Of a stretch of 64,000 bases of DNA, positions 13,039-26,421 are shown piece by piece; the stretch's first letter is position 1; each line of letters begins with the position of its first letter. Location: NCBI GenBank assembly GCA_012026655.1, contig JAAILG010000396.1, positions 1-64,000 of the forward strand. The letters run 5' to 3'. The position numbers and the translations under genes were made by a program. Below the pieces are notes generated by a model. It had not been told where the DNA came from and did not search any database. It saw only the letters and a list, made by a program, of their open reading frames with translations. Source of the DNA: Hydrolagus affinis. Lineage: Eukaryota.

Positions 13039-14694
13039 TACTTGGTAAAATATGTAGGTTAGCGGGTGGAATTGCTGGAGTGGTAGGGTACAAAGTAGCA
13101 GAAGTCTGTCAGGCCTGTGTTTTCACAGTATGAAACAAATAGATTTACAGTCCACTTTACGGCACTAAAATGTTGTGGCTTCTTGTACATCTCAATTCTT
13201 TGAACCAACATATAGTATTTGTAAATAGTGAGGAAAGTAAGTAAAGCTTTGTTACAATCTTTCTTTCATTATGTACTTACTATTTTGTATACGCAAGGCC
13301 TAAGAAGTTTGTTTTGCAACAGTTTTAAACTGTAAATATTCTTCCATAACAAAAGTACAGAGGAAAGGAAGAGATTAAGCTAGATTTCATGTGAAGCCCA
13401 AATTCCTACTTTGCAGTAAACTACCGAGATTTTATTTCAGCAATGGATATTAACATACCAAACCTCATATTGGAAAGTGATGTACAACTTTGTATTTGAT
13501 GTACCGTACACTTTTGTATGTATTACGTGTTTTATTTGGCCAGTCAGCAAAATATCAAGCATACTGATCATGACGCACAGCACTGCTATTGATAGTAAAA
13601 ACAGCCACTTCTAGATTTTACGATGTACATAACTGTATTGCAGCATACTGTGCATATTTTGAAATTACAGTTCAGGAAATTATAATCAAATACCAACGTA
13701 GTCGGTTGTAGTCACAAAGGTGGTCATTCTGCCCCCAACTGACTGGAAACAATTGGCAGAATAACCCAGTTACATCATTCACACAGAGCTTGCTATTTGG
13801 CAACTTATGAAGAAAAAGTCACTTGTGTTCAGGCTATGTGCATACATCAACAGAAAGTGCTTTTAAAGGAATTCACCAAACTAATTGGAACAGAGAACTG
13901 GTAATCACAAAAGTCTAACACTGCGCTTGAGCTTTTTATAGACACTTACAAATAAACTAACCTTCTGCTCCTGAAAGACTCCATTAGCTGCTGTTGATTT
14001 AATTTCTGCCTCATGGTTTGTGGGTTTCCACTTTCATCTGCTGTAGCCCTGTGCAGTATATTTTGAGTACAGGTCAGGTATGCAGCCTCTGCATTACACT
14101 CTAGACTTTCCACCCTGGAATCCAGCTGTTTAGGTGTTGGGGTGGGAGATACAGTAATATCACATCAGTAGACTAGTTGCCAGGGCATAAGACAAGAAGC
14201 AAAACCGAGACAAGGACTCCAATAATGATGTTATATACTGTATTTATCACATACTGATTGAAAGAGGTGCAGGATTTTACATACAGGGTTGCAGCCTAGA
14301 GTTTTGGAGAGTGAAGATAAAGATGTATTTTAGTCTGGGGATGTAGGAAATCAATTTGTTTTAAAGGGGAAGCATTACTGTGCTGCAAAGAGTTTATAGA
14401 ACTGGTCTACTTGAGCTGTATCTGGACTTTCCTTGTTTGATTCTCTGCAGGTTGTTCTCTTAATCTTTTCTCTTCCCCCCCAAACAAACGCAGTTGCAAT
14501 AAATGATAATATCAGAGGGTTAAAAGATCACATCACAAGTCCGCTTGTAAACCTTGTAAAATTACACTGAAGTGATTTAACAAGGCAATAAGACTTCTTT
14601 TGATAATGTTCCCAAAGTCAAGGATTTCCAGCAGAGGGTCACAACTGTGGTTGGAGAAGAATGCTTTCATGTAGCAGCACCACAGTTGGATTGC

Positions 14695-14865
14695 GTCAAC
14701 TTGGCTCAGTTGGTAGCACTTTTGCCTTTGGTTCAGAGGGTTGGTGGTTCAAGCCCCATGCAGAGTCCTGAGCTCCAATAGTTTAGGCAAGAATAGGGAT
14801 GCATTCTGTTGTTGGAGGAGCCATATTTGGGATGAAACATTATTCCGAGGTCCACCATTCACATT
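14695..14865 (+). mobile_element. SacSINE1-like SINE 5' part (tRNA head with A/B boxes)
   Basis: tggctcagttggtagcac...ggttcaagcccc. Confidence 0.7.
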
Positions 14866-16134
14866 AAGTTGAATCTTGCTTATAAAAAACACTGACTAAA
14901 TTGAGAGTGATTACTTACAACAACCTGCATTTATATATTGACCACATATCGGAGTGCTTACCTATGAAGTGTTTAGTCATATTTTGACATAAAGCATTAT
15001 AGGCATTTTCTTTCTTTCAATAATAGACTTACTGTGCAATTAACTGTGTGGTAGAAATTTAAGCTTGGAATTTCTCACACAGTACAAGCCTATTCAAAAT
15101 GTAATTTCTCCATTTTTTTTGTTCTACATGATCTGGTTCTAAGCACACATAACTAATTGTTGGATATTTATTTTCAATTGCAATACATCGTAAGCCCCAG
15201 CAAATATTTTAGTCATTACACTGAGCCAATAATTTCCCTCGGTAGCCTATTTAAAAATGCTTACATCACTCCAGTTCATTTATATGCAGATCCAAAAATA
15301 ATAGCAATGATTTTTTTTATTACTATGTATAATAGAGATGGGAACTGTCTTGAAAATGATCGCTCTGCGCCAGACATTTGATTAGCCCCTTGACGTTTGC
15401 AAGGCCTTGACCTAAAAGTGGTTATTTCAATGTGTTCTAGAATCTGTGCCTGCGAGCTGCTTTAGGTAATGCATCTCTTCCCAAGGATGTGACCCACCTT
15501 CAGCTCCCATCAGACACAGACCCAAAGAAATACCGATGTATGGGGAGACCAGGGACAGTTCAGTAATAGTCCCTACAGAAACCTTGGCAGTTTGCCTTTC
15601 TTCCATTTATTCTGTTCATGTGCTTAAAGAAAGGGAATTTGTAGCAATATATATTATTTATATACTGTATATATATATAACTTGAAGTCTGTGAGATCAA
15701 TGAAAGTAATTTTGAGGGCCTTCCTGAATGAAAAGGCTGATAAACTGGGTGTCAAAGAGGGAGGCTTGTGTTCTTGAATGGTGTTTAATAAATAGGCATT
15801 ATTCAGAGCCGACAATGGCCTCTGTGTTTCTAATAACAGTTCAATAATGTGGTTCCTTTTCGCCCACGCCCATTACAAAGACTTGTCATCTTAATCCTAG
15901 CTGCAGATTGTTCTCCCTGGTACTTATATGTCATTTTATAAACATTGATCGCTGCCCTTTTTTCCCCCCTCAATTATTATTTTACAGGGTGGACTGCCAA
16001 CGGAGAGGACAGACTGATCATCCCAAATAAATCCATTCCTGCATTTCAAAAAAGAACAGTTCTCCCCTCAATTCACTCCATATGTCTAGCAACTTTAACT
16101 TCTAATTGCAATTAAGTTTCACTGCTAGCCAAAA

Positions 16135-16240
16135 TAAAATACAGTCAATTCACTTTATAGTACATTCTGTGACGTGTTTTGAAACGTCGCAAAGACTTGG
16201 TAAGGCGCTATATTAAATGCAACGATTATTATTATTATTA
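16135..16240 (+). mobile_element. SINE family A 3' tail
   Basis: acagtcaattcacttta...ggcgctatattaaatgcaacgattattattatt. Confidence 0.75.
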
Positions 16241-18036
16241 TAAGCCAATGCACAGCCTCTTTCCTATCTCGACTATTGTACCAAACAGATTTTAGTATTA
16301 ACCATCAGTGGGCACGAGCCACATCACTAATGAGTGAGGAAGCATCAGAGGCATAACAGAGGTAATAAATGAGGCTAATTGCCATGCAACTCACGGCCTC
16401 CTTTAGAAGCCTGACTTCATCAAAGCCTGCATCTGTGTGTGTTAGTGAAAATGTCTAAATATGATCATCCAAGCATAATGGAGAGGATTACACGAGGAAA
16501 ATAAAATAGTTGCACTCAGTGTCCGACTGAATGAAACCTTTAATTTACAGTACATCTGAAGCAAGTAGAAAACTAAAACTAAAACTATTTGTTGGACATT
16601 AATATATTTTTCACACTGGCCGTCGAGACCGAATGCAGAGCGATGTTCAAGAAATTACATTCTTGTTTCCTGATTGATTTTGTTTTAGTTCTGCCCATTG
16701 ACATTGACGCAATTGTGGAACAGATGCAATGGGCTGAACAGTCGGTCTTCTTCTCCACTGTAAATATCTGTCTAGCTGTGTTTTTTTTAATCAATGCTGC
16801 TGGGGGCAACAGTCACAAAACACTCGCAAACACTGTGCAGTTCAACACCCTGCTCTTTCACTGCCTTTTGACGTTGGTTTCTGTTTTGGGGATGTCTTTG
16901 CCAAACCTGTTCTGCATATACCAATTGACTCATTAACTGGGGGGAGGATCCAGTTAAATTGGGCCACGCTACAGTTTTCACGTTCATCAGAGATGGATAA
17001 ATGTGTCGCCTGGATCTACAGCTCAGAGCTAGCACTCGTGGAACCAATTTTGACAAAACACAGAACGAGCACAGCAACCACGATTCCTGAAAAGGAGTTA
17101 CGTTCTTTGCTGATAAAAATTCACAGTCACTTGGAAATTATACTAGCATCGTGTGAAGTGCTTAGAGACACCTCATCTATGTGACCAGGCTATACCTAAT
17201 GCAAGGTTTATTATTATATGAATAGCTATTTTTTGTCCCTCGATTTTATATCTGGGAAAGGGTCAAACTCATCACTTTGACCTGACTTTCTCTTTCAGAC
17301 GGCGGTTGACCGGCTGTCCGTTTCTAGCTTGTATTTTATTGAGTATAGGGTTGAGGCTTAAGGTCTCACTCCCTTGGGTGTGGGGGCCATGCTTGTGGGA
17401 ATTCCAGGGGAGGTGAGAGTCTTTGTTAGCCAGATCATGTTACCCCTGGGTCAAGGCTGAGAGGAATGGCATCTAACAGGAGAAAACGTGCTGTAACAAA
17501 TTGGTTCTCAACTTCTGCTGCACTTATTCCTCCAACAACATAAAATGATTTACAGTATAGCCACTGTTTTCAATATTGTTTCACAAACCCAGCAAAAAAT
17601 ATTACAGTAGCTAGATTCTCCACCATACAGAGTGCAGCCAAGGTCATTTTTCTCAATTAAAACAGGACAAATCTCTGTGGAATGTTGCAAAATGATCGTT
17701 TGGATTCTTATTTGTTTTTGTTTGTTCCTGAAGGTCCACAAAAAACTCTGGCCTATTCTGCAATAAAAAAAACAACCAAATGAACTTGAATGCTGATGAT
17801 AACAACGCCCTTTAGGCTGTGTAAATGCACAATTTTCTAAATCGGCCTTGAGTAATTCTTGACAGATCATGTTTGCTTGTGCTGTTGCACATTACCGTGG
17901 TCCTAACCGAATTATAGCAAAAGAGAGAAAGCTGGCTTCAAAACGTGTCTAAATATAACCAGCACTAAATATACCAACAAGAAGATTGCTGAGAATCACC
18001 GAAGAACAGTCCATAGCAAACCACTCACTGTACATC

Positions 18037-18074
18037 TTATGCACTCACTATATAATTATGCACTCACTATATAT
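18037..18074. repeat. 19-bp tandem duplication
   Basis: ttatgcactcactatataa ttatgcactcactatatat. Confidence 0.85.
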
Positions 18075-18934
18075 TTAAGCAGTCTAAAGGACATAGTTAC
18101 CATATTAAAATGAAATTAGTTTTCATTTTAAAACAGATAAGAAATATTTTATGGGCCTTTTGATTTAATTCACCAGGATACAATTAATATAGATTTCTGG
18201 GGGGGAAAAGCTTCAAACCGTATCTTTTAAAAAATTTATGGACAATGCGTAAAAATATTCTGTTGCTTCACCCGAGTCATTTTAACATAATTAAGGACAG
18301 CTCTGCATTTGCCATGAATATTTCTCTTTTAGCTTTCAACTACATTACACTGAAGTTTAATGTTATTAAGTGACTTATTAACACTGGCATAGCACTCCTT
18401 TCATCCATTACCGTATCGTTCAAGCGTCGACACTTGAAGCTAGCAGGAAGTGCACAGAAACAGTAGCTTCACAAAGGCTGAGGTTTCATACAGATACATG
18501 GCAAACATATGCAAATACTCCTGCTACCAATCAATTAAGTGTGTCCAATTCAGAGCAGGACTTGGAAATAAGACTGAAACATGATACTTGTAACACACAG
18601 TTTAGCAGGTGTGCACAACTATACAATTCTATAAATGTTCTTGAGCCAAACAGTATTTTGTGCTGTAAATAACTGGGCATAGTGGTTAATTTTTTACACA
18701 CAAACAAACACACATACACACACACACACCACAGTCTTAAATTGCAGTGTTTCTTAACAGGTTTCCATAGAATTCCTATTGATCTGCAGGAACTTTGTTC
18801 AGGACACACAACAAAGTCTCATGCCTCACCGTAACCCACATTCAGTGACCAGGAGGATTCCCCAGTTGCATGACTTGGATTCCTTATCAATCCCTCTGCG
18901 GTGTAACAATTCAGGTCAGACAGAATCACAGAAT

Positions 18935-19260
18935 CTTGGGTCATCTGGTTCATTTGGTAGCACTCTCGCTTCTGAGTCCCATTGCTTGAACATTGGTTCA
19001 AGCAATGGGACTTTGAACTCATATGCTGGGATTATGCAGCATTTATGGAGATGCTGTTCTTCGGGTGAGATTTAACTGAAGTCTGCATGTTCAGGTAGAC
19101 GTAAAGTATCCCTTGGCACTAATCGAAAATAAATTGGCATTTCTCCCTGCGTGCTTGCCAACAATCCCCCAAATAAAGTTGATCATTCACTTAATGGCTC
19201 TGTGAAGGACATCTCAAAGGATTTCACTTTATTCACTGTAAAGTCTAGCGATTGTGTAAT
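18935..19260 (+). mobile_element. SacSINE1/DeuSINE-like SINE, degraded
   Basis: tggttcatttggtagcactctcgcttctgagtc..ggttcaag..caggtagacgtaaagtatcccttggcacta. Confidence 0.7.
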
Positions 19261-20340
19261 TTTGTTGAAGGCCAGAACCTACATTGACTTATTCTGAACA
19301 CCTCCAATCTGTCTGGAACAGAATACATTGTATGTGGAAGTGCTCTGAGACACCGTCCGGCGTGGAGGGCGCTATATAAATCAAAGTTCTTGTTGCTGTT
19401 GGAAGTGTGGTTGGATCAGATAATACAATCACCTTAGACTATATCAGTTAAATTCTTTCATTGCTGTTTTGTTCTGGGCTATCTAATTCTCTATTAAAGG
19501 ACTGGACCATTTTTTTCTTATTTCTGTTCTGTATTATTAATTTAGAATCATTTTGCCATTCTGCTGATTTGGGGTGGTGGATTACTTTGTGAATTGCTGT
19601 TTCTGTGAGTCAATGCATGATAAACAGGCAGGGTACAATGGACTCACTCACTACCAGATTAAGGTACTTGAACCAGAATCAATTTCATTTGAGAGGGAAA
19701 GATAAATAAATGATCAAATGAATGAACAATCTTCCGAGACTCCAAAAAATCTTCAATGTTAGGTTTGTTTTTATAGCATTTGTAAAATTTAGACTTGGCT
19801 GGATTTCAGAATGGATAATTACAGAGCGTCATTTTTTTGGTATCTCACACACTCTTTCCAATTTAAAGCTCTACCTCTATCTTCAGGGACTGGACAGTTC
19901 AAGAATTGGATACAATAGAGATTAACCCACAAGTCCTCATTCTCCCACCTCCCGAAGATAGGAAGCAAGCTGCCTGCAGTTTTCTCTCTCACTCTCTCTC
20001 CCCCACTCAGATGATCCAATAACACTGACAGGGTTAGCCTGTGTGCAAATGTCAATGGAAACCTCAAATCAGGCTCAGGCTTCCAGGGTGACAATCTTGA
20101 TGTACCAGTGTTGTAACCAGAGGGCTGGCAGTGCTTGGCCTCTCAAACTACGCCAATGTTTCTTTACCCCCGGTCAAAAATGTCATAATTTCTTTTTAAA
20201 AAAAATTGTATTTGTCATTCCACGGTTATTTGGGGGGGCGGAAATCATTCATCGTTACCAATTATCCGTTGCACTTTGATTTACACTTCTGAATTACACA
20301 GATTCATTAGATTCACACAAACATATATAGATATTATATA

Positions 20341-21077
20341 CAGTAGAAGCCCGTTTATCCGTGACTTGATGAACCGGCACTTTCGTAAAACCGGCACACC
20401 CCAAAAAATATATCCCCATTCGATAAACCGGAACTTATCGGGAACAATAGCAGTGGAGGAATTGTAAATGCATAAATAATAGCAGATAATAACAGAATAT
20501 TGTATTGGTACTTATTGTTAAAACTACTCTCTTGCGCTTCTCACCTTTACTGGTAGATGCTGCGCTTGAAGCCATGATGCTGTGGTTGAGGTTTATAGTC
20601 CAGCGATTCTTTTTAAAATGGAGCACGCCAAGCGGGTGAAAAAAAAACGGAGCGCGACTTTAAAGCCTTTCTAGCGGCAAGCTGATAACGCAAGCCAATA
20701 ATCCACATTGTCGCGCAGGTGCAGTATTTTGGTTTGCCGCTAGTAGAGTCTAGGGTTATCGGCTTGCCGCTCATAAAGCTTTAAAGTCTCGCTGCCATTT
20801 TTGTCACCCGCTTGGTGTCCTCCATTTTACAAAGAATCGCCGGACAATAAACCCCAACTAGAAAAGGTGAGAATGGCAAGAGAGTAGTTAACAATAAGTA
20901 CCAATACAATATTCTTTTATTATCTATTATTATTTAGTCTGGTGTGTATGGTGTGTGTTAAAATAACTTTAATTTCTTTGTGGTGAGTTTTCAGCCGCGG
21001 GCCACCCGAATATGCGACAGGCGCATTAACCGGCATTGGCCAGGTCCCGCAGGTGCCGCATAAACGGGCTTTTACTT
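20341..21077. mobile_element. ~740-bp non-autonomous Tigger/pogo element, copy 1 (unedited), with internal ~200-bp inverted repeat
   Basis: TIR CAGTAGAAGCCCGTTTATCC, TA flanks; arms ~20473-20689 and ~20755-20935 are reverse complements; minus strand encodes MASSAASTSKGEKRKRVVLTIS, like a Tigger/CENP-B-family transposase N-terminus. Confidence 0.92.
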
Positions 21078-21664
21078 TATATAGAATATGTATATTTGCT
21101 CAGATTGGAGTGTAACAGAGTCACATTTATCCTCTGGCGTTCAGCAATTGCCAAGACATACAGGCCCTTTATATGAACTTGCCAGTAGGGCAATAGAGGG
21201 CTTCCCTCAAGGTCCAGTGCTTAACACATGAGCATAATTCAGTTCACTGGGTTTAAATGAACTTTTATTCACCCTGTGTTTCTAAAAATGTGAATTCATT
21301 AAGGTTGAAGATTTAAAAAAAAGTGATTTTCTCTGTCCACTTGCCCAACTTTTAATAAACAGATATAAATTGTGAAGTCTAAATGGAATGGATGGATGGG
21401 GAGTTGGTAACAACAATAGGCAAGGGGCCACTTTTTGTATGGGGCGAATTGGTCTTGTGGAAAATATTCTCATTGTCCTGATGGTTTGCACCCACAAGTC
21501 AAAATGAGAGTGAAAAGGACACGAGTAGTCAATTGTGTGTCACATGTTTGCACATATTCAAAGGGAAATGGTATATATCACAGCTTGTGCCACAAGTGTA
21601 AAGATCGATGGTCTCAGTGCCTTGGCTTGTTTTTCAAACTACCCCTAAAATCAACTGAAGGACC

Positions 21665-21830
21665 AGCATAGGACAGAGGTTCAGATGAAAGAAAGGTCCA
21701 TTTTACCTCATCCTTCCAGCATACCAATCCTAGTCTCTTCCAATTACAGTATCAAATGGATACTTTAATAAGCCATTGTCTCAATTTTAGCCACATTTCT
21801 TGGTAACCGGTTCCAGTTAAGTGACATTGA
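21665..21830 (-). mobile_element. Old CR1 3' fragment
   Basis: cataggacagagg..aaggtccattttacctcatcc...ggtaaccggttccagtt, similar to 58720-58900. Confidence 0.5.
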
Positions 21831-21872
21831 CAATGTGTGCTATCCCAGCTCGGGTCTGAAACAATGACTGCC

Positions 21873-21938
21873 CAGCGCCTTGGGACGTCCCTCTGTCGTG
21901 AAAGGCGCCGTACAAGTGTAATTTTGTTGTTGTTGTTG
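21873..21938 (+). mobile_element. Minimal L2 3' end
   Basis: cagcgccttgggacgtccctctgtcgtgaaaggcgccgtacaagtgtaattttgttgttgttg. Confidence 0.8.
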
Positions 21939-23019
21939 GTCAGCGTTTAAAACTATCTGAACTGCAGCCGCACATTTTACACTACGAGTGCCTGTTAGAG
22001 TTACTGAATGTTTCCCTGTGTGTGAGTCAGAGAGGGTTGCCACTTTACCCTTCTTCCCTCCACGCGAAGAAGAGTCTGACCTCCACTCGATGTTAGTGAA
22101 GTGGCTGAGCTCAGCAGCTCGACAGTCTGTGTGAGAGAGTACAGGCACCGACTGGCCCACAGCCAAGCATTCCAGCAGCACTACCTTCTGCAGCCCCACT
22201 AAGTGCTGGCACTTCAAAGAAAATGACCGGATAAAATGCCCACACAAGCTTCAGAACAACAGCAGCTTACATACAACATCAGCGGGAAAATCAGGCTTGC
22301 AAACAACTTGGTTAGAACTCAATGGTGTGGATGCGCTGGTTATTATCAGAATTGACAGGTGATCAAAGCACCAAAATTTAAAAAACATTCTTTCCTACAG
22401 AAAAACTCAATGGTGTATAAATTCAGAACTGAAAAAAGGTCATTTTGCCTATTCAACCTGTCCAACTTAACAACAGCAACGCACTACGCTGGTATAGTGC
22501 CCTTCACATTGGAAAGACCTAAGAGATCAAGCTGAAAGAAAGTCACTGATAGGAGTTCGTTATTATAGGAAATAACAACCCTCTCCATTGGTGATAAGAC
22601 TCCTCCTGCCCATAGTAGACCAAAGGGCCAGCAGTTCAGAAACAGCCTGCAGAAATACATTTTCCTTTTTTACCCAATGCCAAAATTTTATTAATTGGGC
22701 AAACATAACTGGCAATTCAGTTTCATTGCAATGTATTGAAGAAGCCTTGTGTGGATCTTGTGTTCGAGTCACATTGCATTCAATCATTTCTTATTTTTTT
22801 TAAAACACGCAAGAATATATTTCAAAATGAACAATGAAATGTATCTGAGCCACGGGATGAGGCCCCCCCAACCACCACAAGGCCCCTGTAGCTTGACAGT
22901 CCTCTAGTACTGAAGGCAACAATGAAAGGTATATAGATAAACCAAAAATGACACAGTACCCTAAGGTTCCCACAGTATTAAGAGCTGGAACTGTGACAGG
23001 TTCTGCACAGGGCAAGCTG

Positions 23020-23403
23020 ATTGTCAGATCAGTTCAACTGGCTCCTCAACATGTCCCTATCATCAGAACAGTCTTTTTCTTACCAGTGTGTCCCTTTTAT
23101 CAGGTCAGACTGTTTGCTGCTCAGTGTGTCCCTGTTATTGATCCGTCCATCTCCTACTAAATGTGTCCCTATTTTGAGACCATTCTTCAATATGTCCCCA
23201 TTATCAGACAATGTAATTCCTACTATCAGATCATTCTGCAGCTTTGCAGGCATATACCTATTATCAGGCAATTCTTTCTGCATGCTCAGTGTCTCCTCGC
23301 TGTCGGCTCAATACAATCCTTCAAGGGCGTTCCCATTATCAGATCAGTCTGCATTTCATTCAAGGCGTCCCTATTATCAGGTCAATCTGTTGTTGCTCAG
23401 CGT
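23020..23403. repeat. Degenerate minisatellite, ~35-38-bp unit, about 10-11 copies
   Basis: Recurring tgtccctattatcagatcagtctg...gctcagtg. Confidence 0.8.
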
Positions 23404-23754
23404 AAATGGGAGAGTGCTTTAAGGGTTGGCGAAGTAAATCTAAACAAGATGGCCAGTGATTGAAAATGAATTTTCTCTGCAAATCCTTCTCCTCTCTGTA
23501 CTGTTTGGTATTTAACTGGATGTCAATCACATTTAACATATTCTTTCGCAAATCATTCCCAGACACATATCTAACAGTATTTTTCTTTGAGCAGGTTGAG
23601 TCCCCACATACCCCAGAAGCAATATGAACAAAATTGCTAAGAGCAACAGAAAAGTGTCTCTTTCTTTCAAAGATCTGTGCCACTTTCGGATGCTGCTGTG
23701 ACCCTTGGTATCTTTTTCAAAAAAAGTATCTTATATAGCTATTTATACACAGTA

Positions 23755-23850
23755 TAGATAGATTAGATAAGATAGATAAGATAGATTAGATAGATTAGAT
23801 TAATAGATTAATAGATTGATAGATTGATAGATTGATAGATTGATAGATAG
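23755..23850. repeat. Compound GATA/TAGAT/TAGATTGA microsatellite
   Basis: Seen directly. Confidence 0.9.
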
Positions 23851-25480
23851 GACAAACCCAATACAGATGAAGAGAGAAAACCTGTAAATGTTGCCTGGCT
23901 CTGCTGAATGCCTGAAAGTCCGACGTCAGGTTTGGATCAATACTTATCCTTATCAGAGGCCCCGGCTTAATCTTTACAAAATGTATGAAAGTGAAATTGA
24001 TTTTTTTCCTCTCTTTTATAAGATTTGAAGAGTTTTTTTGGGGAAAAAATATACATCCAAAATAAACCACAGAATCTAAACAAGAACTATGCCTTGTTAT
24101 TAGCACCAGCCATCAGACAGTAAACACATCACTGCTTACAAAGGAGGGATTATGCAGTTCTGAAGTATCATAGTCTATTGATTAATGCAATTACTGCACA
24201 ATAATCCTTTCCTTCTGCCAATTGTGAATTTTGCAACTCGTTCACAGGTCGACCACTCAGGTAACAATCGCAATGATTTGGGGGTCTCATTTTCAAAAGG
24301 CACAAAGGTACTTGCAAACAGTGAATCCCGTACGTCACCAGAGGCACTGAAGTAGAGTCAGCCACAACTCTATGCAGGATAGAAGCCAATTTCCTGCCGG
24401 AGCTAGGAGCCTTCTTTGGCCACTATCTGGGTTTCTGAAAGTCGGGATGGGAAATTGGCATGTGAACAGAGCTCCAGAGGATGGATCCTGACACAGTGAG
24501 AACTTTGCAGGATTCACCATTTACAAATCCTGTTTGCAAACCTCACAAATTCGCTGCCAGCGACTCGACAGTGATGCTGGCAACACTTGTTGAGATGGTC
24601 GAGGAGTAATGAGGTTGTGTAATATTCCTAATGCACAAACCATTTGTTTGTTGCGTAACATGCTCAAAGGATACACATTAATGAAACTTTGAATCTGTCA
24701 CAAATAAAATAATAGGGTTAGAGAGGTTGGAGGGTTGACCATACAGTTTAAACCATTTTAAACCCTGCGCTGGTTGTTCAAACATTTAATCACATTCCGA
24801 TTGTTTCTGGTTCTGATGAAAAGAAGATGTAAAACCACTGATAGCATTGCAATATGTGAGCCCCGTGTTCTTTCTCAATAACAATATTTATACTGAAATG
24901 TTTCCAGAAGTTAAAACAGCACAATGCTTTGTAAATGAGATCATACTCTGCCAGTTACATGACTGAACACAGACCAAGTTCAACAGGGGTGGGGGCGGAG
25001 AAGAGAGAGATTCTCCAAGTACAGAAAAACCTATGCTAACTCTACCGCAAGAGATTTGAATTAGAATTTTTTTCTTTGAAGCCATGAACCAAAAGAAAAT
25101 TTAGCAATAGCATTTCGCTGTCAGTCATTTCGATTCAAACAATATGGATCACATACGGTCATTGTAAATGTTTATCTATATGGCAGCACGGAGCAAGTTA
25201 CTGTAGGATATGACGAAATTGTTTGCCAAGTTTTGTTAGAATACACATAAGGCTGTTTGGCACAGCGCGCATGGGACGAGATGCCATGACTGCAACTCTT
25301 CACATGATGTAGTGCAGGTACCAGCCAGACAGTGGCACCAAGAAGCTTGGTCATAGTGGGCTAAGGTGGTTGTTGGGTGGGCAGGGGGAAGAGTTAGAAA
25401 GGCGGCAAGTCAGAGCAACTAACAACCGAATGAAATATGCACAGATGGAGGGCACAAAACAGCTTTACCTGCCTCCTTTA

Positions 25481-25771
25481 TAATAATAGTCATCCTTGGA
25501 TTTGATATAGCGCTTTTCACGTCTTCTAGACATCTCAAAGCGCCTCACAGAATACATTGTAAAGTAAATTGACTGTGCATTTGTGGGCGAAACGTGGCTG
25601 CCAATTGTGCACAGCGGTGTCCCACAAACAGTCGTGGATTGAAATGACCCATTCTTTACTGATTTTTTTTCAAGGGATTATTATTATTAGGCATGTGGGG
25701 TAAGGAAACTTGCCTGGAATTGAACCCAGGTCTCTCACTTGCAAGGCGAGTGCGCCAGCCACTGAGCTACA
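25481..25771 (-). mobile_element. Full-length SINE family A (tRNA-Ala-like head, core, L2-like tail)
   Basis: Minus strand tgtagctcagtgg..ctcgc-ctTGCaa-gtgag..ggttcaattcc (A box, TGC anticodon-like loop, B box); (TTA)n tail. Confidence 0.9.
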
Positions 25772-26421
25772 TATCTCCGCCTGTGTGTCACATAATCGTG
25801 TCTTCCAGGTGATTCAAAGGTAAACTGTTTTCACTCTTCCTTTCACATTTTTCAATTAAGATTTCTTGCATTGTTCTTGTATTTTCCCGGGGTTACAAAG
25901 GAGTATTGTCTTATAGATCAACAAAAAACAAAGATTCCAGTCCATTTTGAACTTGGTAACTACTGATTCCTCTATGACTTAACTGAAACATCTCCTGCCA
26001 GAATTTAAATTAACATATTTTATTACAGACCCGATGGAAACCTTGGGTTCTTACAAAAATAGCTTCACAAGTTCTACTCCACTGAGCAAGGATTAGCCTA
26101 TTTTTGTTATTTTCCACCCCGTGGTATAACACTGGCCCTTGCATAAACAAACTTGTCCGATACATGCAGTCATCATACCGTTTAGTGTACTTTTTTTTGT
26201 TTCTTTTCAATTAACTTTTGATCCTTCCTGTTGGGTCTCCCTGCGCCTGACACTATTCGCCAGCCAAGAGAATGGGCAGGAAATCCCTGTTCCCCGGCCT
26301 TTCACAATTCAGTGTTTGATCTGATCGCTAAATGCAATGCACAAAAGCAGTATGATCTGTCCTCCCTCCAAGGCAGGCCAAGTTCTCAGCATCCACTCAC
26401 CCTGCACCTCCCTTGTGAAGG

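Noticed and set aside
20473-20935. Alternative explanation: APOBEC-type G>A mutation in copy 1 rather than A>G in copy 2
   Set aside because: Copy 1 arms are mutually Watson-Crick complementary and preserve the transposase-like motif; copy 2 arms pair only through G-T wobbles, so copy 2 is the derived state
23020-23403. CRISPR-like repeat-spacer array
   Set aside because: Repeats are degenerate, linkers are short and related to one another, there are no cas genes, and the context is vertebrate; this is a minisatellite
25700-25771. Functional tRNA-Ala gene (also at 26422, 50601, 57980)
   Set aside because: No intact acceptor stem, and each is attached to a SINE body; these are SINE heads
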